A stretch of 64,000 bases of DNA from Haplodiscus bocki. Lineage: Eukaryota. This document shows, in pieces, positions 25,183 through 36,000 of the stretch. Both the position numbers and the translations under genes were made by a program. The DNA lies in NCBI GenBank assembly GCA_965655095.1, contig OZ296655.1, positions 35,340,001-35,404,000 of the forward strand, in the 5' to 3' direction. The notes below the pieces were generated by a model that worked only from the letters and a program-made list of their open reading frames with translations, did no database searches and was not told the origin of the DNA. How positions within the stretch are numbered: position 1 is the stretch's first letter; each line of letters begins with the position of its first letter.

Positions 25183-25244
25183 GGGAGAAATCCCTACAAC
25201 TTTCTGTTGTAAATCCGATAATTATTATTAATATTATTATTATT
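25183..25244 (+). other. LINE-a 3' terminus: twin stem-loops plus (ATT)n tail
   Basis: GGGA-GAAA-TCCC (25183-25194) is followed directly by TACAAC-TTTCT-GTTGTA (25195-25211), then ATAATTATTATTAATATTATTATTATT. Confidence 0.8.
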
Positions 25245-25271
25245 GCCCTTTTCAATATACATTGTCGGAAT

Positions 25272-26055
25272 ATGGCGGCAGCTGGCTCACGTATCCGCGT
25301 AAACTCTACATCTTCGGCAAAGGATTACAAAAACAATTGCGGCATATGTAATAAAAAGGTGAACAATGGTATTGCCTGTGACAAGTGCAATGTCTGGTTT
25401 CATGGTCCCTTTGTCAACCTAACCTCAGACCAACTATCAGTCCTGGAATCACTCAAGACCACCTGTTGGTACTGTGACTCTTGTTACGAAACACGAGCGG
25501 AATCCTTCGAGCTCAAGGAAAAAATCTGCTCCATACAGGAATCTCTCAACGATTTTAAAAACACAATGCATAAAAGCAAAGATCCCAAAATTGACATTCG
25601 AAAAGAAAGTTTATCTCCAACCGATAATCATCGATACCTAAAAAAAATAGTGGGTGTACCTGAAAACAACCTGAGATTTTCAAGTGATCGGAAACTTCGC
25701 GACAAAGAAATTATAGAGGATATTGCTACTGAACTAAAACTTCATAACGTACAAGTCTCTGACTGCCACCGTAATGGTAAGTTTAATAATTCGAAACGCC
25801 GGCCTATCATTGCCTTTTTTTCATCCATTTTGGGACGCTAGGCGAAAGGTCAGCAAAAGCATTGAAAGAAAGCTATTCCAAGAAAAAGGTATTTTTGTCC
25901 TAGCCCAGTTCTCACAAAGCGACCAAGAAATTGAAAGATGCCTTCTTGCCAGGAGATATACCCTTATCAATGATGGAACCGATAAATCACGTATCAAGAT
26001 TCGTAACCTCAATCTCTACATTGATGGCAAAGAAATTGCGCATAACGACAATTGA
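25272..26055 (+). pseudogene. LINE-b ORF1 (PHD finger plus RRM/CTD-like region), frameshifted near 25820
   Basis: CGICNKKVNNGIACDKCNVWFHGPF...WYCDSC, then IVGVPE and DCHRNGKF..RRPII. The second frame carries FSQSDQEIERCLLARRYTLINDG..IKIRNLNLYIDG, paralleling the LINE-a ORF1 C-terminus. Confidence 0.88.
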
Positions 26056-27801
26056 CTAGTACAACCACTCAAAATTGATATTTTACTATACAATGTGCGC
26101 AGCTTGTGTTCCTTTGAAAAACAAGTTAAACTTGCTAATCGACTAGCACTTCTTGATGCCGATGCTGCCTGTCTCACTGAAACCTGGCCTAACTCTTCAA
26201 TCGGCGACTCCAATATTTTTTCAAGTAGTTATTCGACCTCGGCTAGGGTTGACAGAGCGACAGGTGAACATGGGGGATGCCTTATCCTTACCAAGAAAAC
26301 TAGATAAACTGACCAGATTGATTCCACTGTAGATTTTGGTTGCGCCACGAAATTACACACCTGCTGCCAGGACCTGTTGTTTATCTGCATCTATAACCCC
26401 CCTTTCTCCAGTAAATTCCTCAGCGCGGCTATCGATATCATCAATTTTCTCACACATGTGATTAACCAGAACAGCAACCTACCCACTGTTATTTGTGGCG
26501 ACTTCAACATGCCCGATGTAATTTGGGATACATACCATAGCCATTCATCAGACTCAGTTCAAATATTAAACTTTCTCATCAATCATGGGTTTGAACAATT
26601 AGTTACACTGCCAACGCATATTAATGGTAACACTCTTGATCTAATATTTGTCAACTTCTCTACTTGCCATATTTCTGAAGTTGGCACTGGCATTACTGAT
26701 TTTTCTGATCATTTTCTGATCAGTTTTCAGTGCTATTTTGACAATAAAAAGACACATCTGTCCAATTGCAACCACAAAGTCCACATCCCACCAGAATGTT
26801 ATTCTTATCTTCAACCGGAAATTGCCTCGTCGCTTTTCTCTGTTCTTTCTCCCATTACCAGTGAAAACTATACTAATGATTGGCTTGAAAACTTTGCTCA
26901 GCTTCTATCATTGTGTTACCGAAAGAAGCGCCAAAAACGTCAAAATGCCCCTTTCTATTAGTCTTCCCACACCATGCACCTGCTAAATGTCCTCAACACT
27001 GCCAAACGACGCTGTGAGAATTATCCCTTGGCCTTAAACTTGAGGAAAATGAGCGCGATTGCTGCTCGCGACGTCAACATTTTTTTATCGAACTTGACAC
27101 CGCCGTTATCGCTAAATATCGAAAATACTGCTATCCCTGCTTCCAATACTGTCAAAGACCTAGGTCTTACTATCAGCTCTAACCTGTCCTGGTCAAGCCA
27201 TATCGAATTCAAAGTTAAATCTGCGTATTCAATCTTCTACAACCTCAAGAGATCAAAACCGCCCAACAACCACTGGCACACGAAGATCACTTTGTTTAAA
27301 TCCTACATTCTTTCTACAGTTTTATACGCCTCTGAAATTTGGTGCCCAAGTAAGACAAATTTGACTCGTCTAGAACTTTTACAATCTCGTGTGTTGAAAT
27401 GGGCCTTCCCTGGATCCAACAATAAAGAACGCTTATCGAAAGCTAAAATGCTGCCCATATTGTTGGAAATACAGCTCCGACCGCTTATTCTCTTGAACAG
27501 ACTACTAAATGGATTTTACAGCAATTTTCCTTTTTTATCACATATCTCTTTCACGATCCAAAATTCTGGTGCATACAACACCCGGTTATCTGAAAAGCCT
27601 ATGTTCCATCAGCCGAAAGTCAAGAAGACACGAACGACTCACGATTTCTTCTACCTAGTGCCAAAACTTGTGAACTACTTCCATGCAAACACGAATCTGG
27701 ACATATTCAAAAACCCCGCTAGTTTCAAATATACTGCTGCGGCCGAGTTCAACAAATTATTTTTGTTAAAAATCTGTAACCTCGATCGGCTGTACATGTA
27801 A
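26056..27801 (+). pseudogene. LINE-b ORF2: APE endonuclease fused to the RT C-terminus, RT catalytic core absent
   Basis: Endonuclease motifs YNVRSL, LTETW, EHGG, IYNPP, GDFNMP, GNTLDL, SDH, with stops at 26305 and 26959. RQNAPFY (26938) is only ~220 nt from DLG (27157), versus ~1290 nt between the equivalent points in LINE-a. Confidence 0.88.
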
Positions 27802-27872
27802 TTTTCGACTTCCCATATACGTGGCTTTCATAGCAATTCAAGTCTTTCTCTCTCAAGTCTGTGTCTCTCAGC

Positions 27873-28748
27873 AATATTCTCCCTTATCGGTTCATACACC
27901 TGCAAAATTCAAAGGCGGTTGGTTTCCGTTAAATACTGTCAAGGGCTTCCAATAGAGTGATTCCAGTGCCTCCCGAAACGGTTGCTCCAAATTTGAGTAG
28001 CAACATGACAAAGTTGTACAAAAATCTCAGCTCAGATCTACAGTTTAGCTTCCTCAGTCGATTGATGGCGAAGATTGCAGGGTTTGACTTCGTGATCATG
28101 CGTCTCATATGGGGTTCTAGTTGTTGAATGAGTGACGATTTTCACAAGTTATACGCAAGTATACCTGAAAACTCTACGGCCGCACCAAACCTTGCAAAAC
28201 TTTTGTCATTCGGAACCTTCAACATTCAAAGACTAACAGATAATGTGAATAGAAACTATCTCGTCGATGACGCCCAAGCCTACAACATTGATATGTTGTA
28301 TTCAAGAAACAAAAATCAGCAAACAGCAAGATATCATTGTTGAGAGTCATTATCGTGTTATTTGTATGAATCTCACTTAGGACTGTATGACAATGGGTTC
28401 CTCTTAGGAGCCAAACAAGAAGCAGATTTCTTTCGTTTCTAGCGCGTATCAACGAATTTGTGTATTACAGTTTCACGCAGAAGAATGACATTACAGATCA
28501 GAAACTATCGATGACACAAAGCTGAGAGTTCAAAAACCAAATGTTCTCTATTGAAGGAAATCGGACACAAAATTGACCATCAGCAAGAGACAACCTGACG
28601 AGATTATCACAGAAGTGAAAGCATATGCATCACTTGCAGGATGTCGTACTGAGACAAGAGCAGAAGTTGACAAATTTTGTACACAACTCTGCAAAACGAC
28701 CGCCACATGCTCGAGAAGATTGGCTCAATTTCTTTTTCCTGGAAATTT
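27873..28748. repeat. Remainder of the last array A unit, after the LINE insertion
   Basis: Resumes the unit sequence AATATTCTC.CTTATCGGTTCATAC exactly where it broke off at 20678 and matches the unit up to GGAAATTT at 28741-28748. Confidence 0.93.
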
Positions 28749-30170
28749 CAACGCAAAAGTTGGGGAAGCAAATGCTTTAAACTGCCTTGGAGGCCACTCA
28801 CACCGAAACACAAATAACAGTGGCCTAAATCTAATTCCATTCAACGAAACAAAGTAACTAAATCAGTGCAACACAATAGCTTTCCAACATAATGCAAGTC
28901 ACAATGCCACCCAAAATTCAAAAAGATACTCTGGCGACAGGTTGATCAAAACTGACATACAAACCGTTTTTATCTTGTGTTCAATAAACATGAAAAAACA
29001 CTTGCTCAATTCAAACCTGTGCTGGTACATCAGATAATCGCCTTGTCACTTTGCGTTTTGACATCGAAACCTACCACATACACAAGGCGAAACGTTTCAA
29101 AACTGAACTAGAAACATAAATATGTAGAGTTTTTACCGAAAAAACAACGCCAGCAAATTAGCAAAAGGAACTTACAAACCGTCCACAGGAAGAAACATCT
29201 TGGATTGAAGTTTCGGGATTAATTAGAGAAAAAGCATGGAACTTCAGACTGATGAATCAGGTGGACTAACCGATGACACCATTGAAGAATCAAGAAACAT
29301 CAATAGAGAAAAAACTACGAGTAGACACATCAAACAGCACAATTCATGCAGAACGGCGAGTTTTGAAGACAAAACGGAGTGAAATTTTTAGTCTAAGCTG
29401 CAAGATTGTACCAGCAAATGAAGAAAAAAAATCGACTCAATGTTTGAAATCATTTGAAAAGCCCCAAACAACATCAGAGCCTTCAAGGCGTTCAACTTTT
29501 TGCTACGGCACAAGAATGAACAGATAATAAACAGAACAGCTAAAGGACGAAGAAGGTAGTAAGGTAGTGGACCAACGCACGTTCTTGACATTTTGGAAAA
29601 TCATTTTCATGCACAATTTCATGAACATGCAGACACTGAAGTTGAAGTCAACATGAGGAGGCCACTTAATTGCCCGAGAGGCGAAGAAGAATTTCTTCAA
29701 GCCGTGAAGAAAATGTGAAAACGAAAAACTTCTGGGTGCGATGTTTTCCTTGCAGAACTCATAATATATGGTCCGCCGATATTGAAAACAAAAGTTACCA
29801 ACCTCCTTGATTTGTCTTCCGAGGGCAGTGAACATATCGAATATGAACATAGAAATTGGGTTCCTCTTCAAGAGCCAGGAAAAACATAAGGCGGTGCGAA
29901 AACCTTCGTCCGATTTTCTGCTAGCAATACTTGGGGAAATACCGTCGGTAATCACGATAGAGAGACTCAAAATTTAAGCTTAATCGTACATATCACAAAA
30001 CCAAACTGCTTACCGCTGTGGAACAAGCACGACAGAAGCCTTGCTGGGTTTGAAATGGCGTTGAGATTGGTACAAAAACATGACGGCAAAAACTACTGGC
30101 AACGTTGTAACCGCACATTCTGACACTTTTGACAGAAACAAATATAAAGAAATGAATCCGAGAATGAGGA
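28128..30170 (+). mobile_element. Degenerate RTE-like non-LTR retrotransposon, parent copy of the array A endonuclease fragment (endonuclease through early RT motifs)
   Basis: Continues past the array breakpoint as GNFNAKVGEANALNCLGGHSHRNTNNSGLNLIPFN, the RTE-type GDFNAKVG..G.G..N.NG motif. Further motifs are TSDNRLVTL (~29026, SDH-like), VPLQEPGK/ENLRPIFLL (~29860-29925) and QNQTAYRCGTSTTEA (~29995). Many stops and frameshifts; the right boundary is approximate. Confidence 0.75.
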
Positions 30171-30177
30171 AAAAATT

Positions 30178-30730
30178 TTGATCCGAAAACTGTTGTCGAG
30201 TACAAAGTTGTCAAAGAAAGTGAATGATTATATTGACCAGGAGTATTTCAACACAGACCCTGGATCACCTCAAGTTTTCCGAATTAGCGGCATGAAACCT
30301 AATATTCAGATTGAAAATACTCTCAAAGAGATACGACCGGAACGACCAGCCGTCAAATTAGCGCAAGAAACCGCTACCATCCCCGGCGTTGAAACGCATT
30401 TGTCTGAGTTAATTCGCGCAGAGTATGTAGACTTCAACGATACCAATTCCGAACAATCAAATTAATTATAAGCAAACTCACCATCCTTATCGAAAGAAAA
30501 TATTCTCCACGCGAACCCTGAGAGAATTGAGACGATCATTCTTAGAAGAGATGCAGTAAATATGAACGAAAATTGGTGGAGGGTTAGGAAACTTTGATTG
30601 CCTTTAAGCGATGAAGAAGATCTCATCCAAAAAAAATGGCTACTGCAGGCCTTTCTGGAGTACGAGAAGTCTGGAAAGTTATATCGAGAAGAAGAATTTT
30701 TGTTTAAAATTACCCTGTCAAGTCAACGTT
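30178..30730 (+). other. Unassigned, possibly decayed coding fragment between the RTE remnant and array B
   Basis: A 95-aa ORF continues in frame through a few stops with protein-like composition (..ERIETIILRRDAVNMNENWWRVRK..). No motif recognised. Confidence 0.25.
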
Positions 30731-32108
30731 AAGGTATAAATCTGAAACTTGAGCACCCAGCCAGACAGAAGAGTAAAGAGTGACTGCATTTCACACAAAA
30801 CAACTAAGAGTTTCTCGGGAATTCATACATCCACACCAGATTTCATACAAGTGTGTATGCGAAAAGTTCAGTAGCAGTACGCTCGGATCACAAACAAGAA
30901 AAAAAAACAATGGGAATTAATCGGACACGTACTTCGAATGAACGAAAAAGTATATTCACACAAAGGGTTCAAACAGTAGGCCAGCACAAGTCAACGAAAG
31001 AAATCCAGAGGTTGACCCAGAACAACTCTCATAACAGTCACAATTGAAGGTAAACTTAAGATGGAGGCAACGCAGTTGTTGTGAGTCACGAGCTATTGAA
31101 TTCTTTAGCCTCATTACCAAAGACGACATATTTCACGTGACAAAACAAGCAAGAGATCGTGATGCACGGAGACAAGTATGCAAAAGAAGTTGTGTGGCAG
31201 GCTGATTCGAGTACGTTGATTTAAATATACTGGCAAAACGCTAGGATGGTGATGGCCATGATATGCCGTTCAAACGACACTTTGTTGTTCATAGTGAGTC
31301 AACGTCTTTTTCCCCGGCATACAAATTCGCTCAGAGTTGGTGGGAAACTGCACATAGAGGCCCTAAACAGTTTACACCAACTTAAAACTGAGACGCCTGA
31401 TGTCTTGGGTTGAATTTAGTGCAGTAAAAAGTGTATGAGCTGGCCAAGTATAGTTACAGGAGCTCTATCTAATCGCAGTGTGTTAGTTGAGATACCACGT
31501 TGAACTCTCACTCATGCAGAAACGTTTGATCAGCACCACAGTTGAAACTCTTCAGACTTTGCGACAACAACTGCTAAAGATAAAGTGCGAAAAATGTTTT
31601 TTTTTTTGCCTATTCTGTAACGATTTTTTGTTGTTCCACCTCGTTATACGTGTTATTTGATGTAATTTTTGTTACTCAACCTCGTTTTATGTGTTTTTTC
31701 ATGTATTTTTGCCTCAATTACGGAAGTTCCGACACGGAAACGTCCGGCAACCGTACTTATTTTAACACCCCGTTTTCCAAACCCAAAAAAAAGTTATGAA
31801 ACTCAGCCCAACCCAAATTCGAAAGGTATGGAATCTAGCCCAACACAAGTAACTCAAAAAAATTGGCCAGGGAAGTCAGAGCGCATTGAACTTTCTTTTG
31901 TCAGATGAGAATCCAAACAGTTGTTTGGCAAATGATTGGCGATGCAGAATGCAAGCACCTACGTGATCTGCACACTACAGGAGGCCACATTATAACAGTA
32001 ACCAGGACGACAATCAAAACTTTGATCAAAGATCCAACGAAACAATTTGTAGTAGTAAAGACTTTAGTGGGTGTCAACCATACGGGTATTTCGCACCTTT
32101 TTTTCTAT

Positions 32109-33016
32109 TCAGTGTCCGACCGCAAAGATCATGGCTGTTGTCATTTTGTTGTTTTCGTTACAACTTTCACAGTTGCAGAGAATACGCCATGTGCAGGAGC
32201 TCTCCAGATTGTACATGGTGTCGAAGAAGTTCCAGAAAAACTGTGTCAGTGATTTTTTGTCCATGACAGTGTTTGGGTTCTAATTGATCAGGTTTGCCAT
32301 TAACTTTGATCGTTGAAAGAAATTTCTTTCAGTTTTTTGGAGGCCGTCTTCTTCTAGACTGCTGCAGCTTTTGGTTCCTTGTCTTATTGGCAATTTCACC
32401 AATTCTCGGTGGCTTGTATCGACTTAAAAACATTTGTTGACAAGTCCGAAGAAGTAGAACAAATCATGCCTTCCCAGGTAGTGTGAGACAGGTAGAAATA
32501 CGACTTTTCGGAATCTGTCTTTTTACAGTTTGTCTTGTTGAACCATCTAGTTTGTAGCTGTGCGTTGTAAGTGCTCCATGTCTTTCAGTTGGCCATTGGT
32601 TGAGTACCAAGCTTGTGACAAGTAGCTGAAGGTAGGCATAACGTATCCGGTAAAAGCGATACTTTGGTGTTTTCACTGCAATTTGGTATTAAGTTTCGTT
32701 TTATTATTCGTAATGCTAACATTGCTTTTCCACGTCGCCATCTACAGTTTTCGTTACAAGCTATGGGTTTGGAACGATGATCCCCATGTACTTTTGATGC
32801 TCAACAGATTTGTTCCTGGTTGTTGATATTTGTAGCCAGAAACCCTCGAAAATTGAAAACTGTGCATTTGTTGACATTCAGAGTAACTGAAGTGTTCTTG
32901 TACCATTCTGAGATATTTTCAGCTGATACATCAACTGGCGTTTGGTTGATTTGTAGGTTTTTGAAGTCATCGGCGATTTCACAGCTTTCTTCAAACGTCG
33001 TTGCCCTCTCACTCAT
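32109..33016 (-). pseudogene. 5'-truncated CR1/L2 ORF2 3' end (RT xADD motif to C-terminus), present in each array B unit
   Basis: Minus-strand reads across copies give IADDFK...ISEWCNNNSISLNVDKCRVFNFR, MGVIVSK...KAMLALRIIKRNLIPNCSENTK and TQFFWNFFDTMYNLESSCTWRILCNCESC. These match LINE-a LVDD...KWASTNKMCFHPSKSKV, DLGLLV...KAYGAFYLLKRNVSPNLS and NFWNFF..RTWRIACRCPQC. Frameshifted. Confidence 0.88.
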
Positions 33017-36000
33017 GCGGTATCGTCCTTTGAGAGCCGTTACTGAAAGTCTTCAGACTTTGCAACAACAGCTTCAAAAAGTGAAGTGGCACCATGATTT
33101 TAATGCCTCTTTTTCAAAGATTTTCTGTCATTCTATTTCATTTTACCTGTTACTTGACGTTATTTATGTTACTCCACCTCGTTTTGTGTGTAGTTTTGTG
33201 TAAGTTTGCCTCCATTACGGAAGTTCCGATACGGAAACGTCCGGCAACCGGACTTTTTCAACACCCCATTTTCCAAACCCAAACACAAAAACTATGAAAC
33301 TCAGCGAAACCCAAATTCGAGAGGTTTGAAATCCAACAAAACCCAAGTAACCGAAAAGATATGGCCGGGGAAGTCAGAGAGCTTGGGAATTTCTTTTGTC
33401 AGATGAGAAACTAAACAGTTGTTTGGCAAATGAATGGCGATGAAGAATGCAATCACCTACGTGATCTGCACACTACAGGAGGCCACATTATAACAGTAAC
33501 CAGGACGACAATCAAAACTTTGATCAAAGATCCAACGAAACAATTTGTAGTAGTAAAGACTTTAGTGGGTGTCAACCATACGGGTATTTCGCACCTTTTT
33601 TTCTATTCAGTGTCCGACCGCAAAGATCATGGCTGTTGTCATTTTGTTGTTTTCGTTACAACTTTCACAGTTGCAGAGAATACGCCATGTGCAGGAGCTC
33701 TCCAGATTGTACATGGTGTCGAAGAAGTTCCAGAAAAACTGTGTCAGTGATTTTTTGTCCATGACAGTGTTTGGGTTCTAATTGATCAGGTTTGCCATTA
33801 ACTTTGATCGTTGAAAGAAATTTCTTTCAGTTTTTTGGAGGCCGTCTTCTTCTAGACTGCTGCAGCTTTTGGTTCCTTGTCTTATTGGCAATTTCACCAA
33901 TTCTCGGTGGCTTGTATCGACTTAAAAACATTTGTTGACAAGTCCGAAGAAGTAGAACAAATCATGCCTTCCCAGGTAGTGTGAGACAGGTAGAAATACG
34001 ACTTTTCGGAATCTGTCCTTTTACAGTTTGTCTTGTTGAACCATCTAGTTTGTAGCTGTGCGTTGTAAGTGCTCCATGTCTTTCAGTTGGCCATTGGTTG
34101 AGTACCAAGCTTGTGACACGTAGCTGAAGGTAGGCATAACGTATCCGGTGAAAGCGATACTTTGGTGTTTTCACTGCAATTTGGTATTAAGTTTCGTTTT
34201 ATTATTCGTAATGCTAACATTGCTTTTCCACGTCGCCTTCTACAGTTTTCGTTACAAGCTATGGGTTTGGAACGATGATCCCCATGTACTTTTGATGCTC
34301 AACAGATTTGTTCCTGGTTGTTGATATTTGTAGCCAGAAACCCTCGAAAATTGAAAACTGTGCATTTGTTGACATTCAGAGTAACTGAAGTGTTCTTGTA
34401 CCATTCTGAGATATTTTCAGCTGATACATCAACTGGCGTTTGGTTGATTTGTAGGTTTTTGAAGTCATCGGCGATTTCACAGCTTTCTTCAAACGTCGTT
34501 GCCCTCTCACTCATGCGGTATCGTCCTTTGAGAGCCGTTACTGAAAGTCTTCAGACTTTGCAACAACAGCTTCAAAAAGTGAAGTGGCACCATGATTTTA
34601 ATGCCTCTTTTTCAAAGATTTTCTGTCATTCTATTTCATTTTACCTGTTACTTGACGTTATTTATGTTACTCCACCTCGTTTTGTGTGTAGTTTTGTGTA
34701 AGTTTGCCTCCATTACGGAAGTTCCGATACGGAAACGTCCGGCAACCGGACTTTTTCAACACCCCATTTTCCAAACCCAAACACAAAAACTATGAAACTC
34801 AGCGAAACCCAAATTCGAGAGGTTTGAAATCCAACAAAACCCAAGTAACCGAAAAGATATGGCCGGGGAAGTCAGAGAGCTTGGGAATTTCTTTTGTCAG
34901 ATGAGAAACTAAACAGTTGTTTGGCAAATGAATGGCGATGAAGAATGCAATCACCTGTGTGATCTGCACAAAACAGGAAGCTACGTTAAAACAGTAACCA
35001 AGAAGTCATACAGAATCTTGCTCAAGGATACAATAAAACAAATTGTAGTGATAAAAATTTTAGTGCGTGTCATCCATACGGGGTTTTTGGACACTTGGTC
35101 TTTTTCATTATCCAATCAAATGTTTTTGGCTGTTGTCATTCTGTTGTTTTCGTTACAACTTTCACAGTTGCAGAGAATACGCCATGTGCAGGAGCTCTCC
35201 AGATTGTACATGGTATCGGAGAAGTTCCAGAAAAACTGTGTCAGTGATTTTTTGTCCATGACAGGGTTTGGGGTCTAATTGATCAGGTTTGCCATTAACT
35301 TTGATCGTTGAAAGAAATTTCTTTCAGTTTTTTGGAGGCCGTCTTCGTCTAGACTGCTGCAGCTTTTGGTTCGTTGTCTTATTGGCAATTTCGCCAATTC
35401 TCGGTGGCTTGTATCGACTTAAAAACATTTGTTGACAAGTGCGAAGAAGTAGAACAAATCATGCCTTCCCAGGTAGTGTGAGACAGGTAGAAATACGACT
35501 TTTCGGAATCTGTCTTTTTACAGTTTGTCTTGTTGAACCATCTAGTTTGTAGCTGTGCGTTGTAAGTGCTCCATGTCTTTCAGTTGGCCATTGGTTGAGT
35601 ACCAAGCTTGTGACAAGTAGCTGAAGGTAGGCATAACGTATCCGGTAAAAGCGATACTTTGGTGTTTTCACTGCAATTTGGTATTAAGTTTCGTTTTATT
35701 ATTCGTAATGCTAACATTGCTTTTCCACGTCGCCATCTACAGTTTTCGTAACATGCTATGGGTTTGGACACGATGACACCCATTTCTTTTTGATGCTCAA
35801 CAGATTTATGCTTGGTTGTTAATGTTTGTACCCAGAGTTCCTCGGGAATTGAAAATTGTGCATTTAACGACCTTCAGAGTAATTGAATTGTTGCACCATT
35901 CTGAGATGTTTTTAGCTGATACTTCAAGTTGCGTTTGGTTGACTTCTATGCTTTTGAAGTCGTCGTCATTTTCGCAGGTCTTTTCACACGTCATTGCGCT

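Larger units (their letters stand above)
20688..25244 (+). mobile_element. LINE-a: near full-length CR1/L2-group non-LTR retrotransposon
   Basis: Has a 5' UTR with internal repeats, ORF1, an APE+RT ORF2, a very short 3' UTR with stem-loops and an (ATT)n tail at ~25219-25244. The sense strand is visibly C-rich relative to the flanks. Confidence 0.95.
25245..27866 (+). mobile_element. LINE-b: internally deleted CR1/L2-group element with PHD-finger ORF1
   Basis: Has a PHD ORF1 and an APE domain, then jumps to the RT C-terminal KDLG region. Ends in a 15-bp tandem tail TCAAGTCTTTCTCTC/TCAAGTCTGTGTCTC (27838-27867). Confidence 0.92.
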
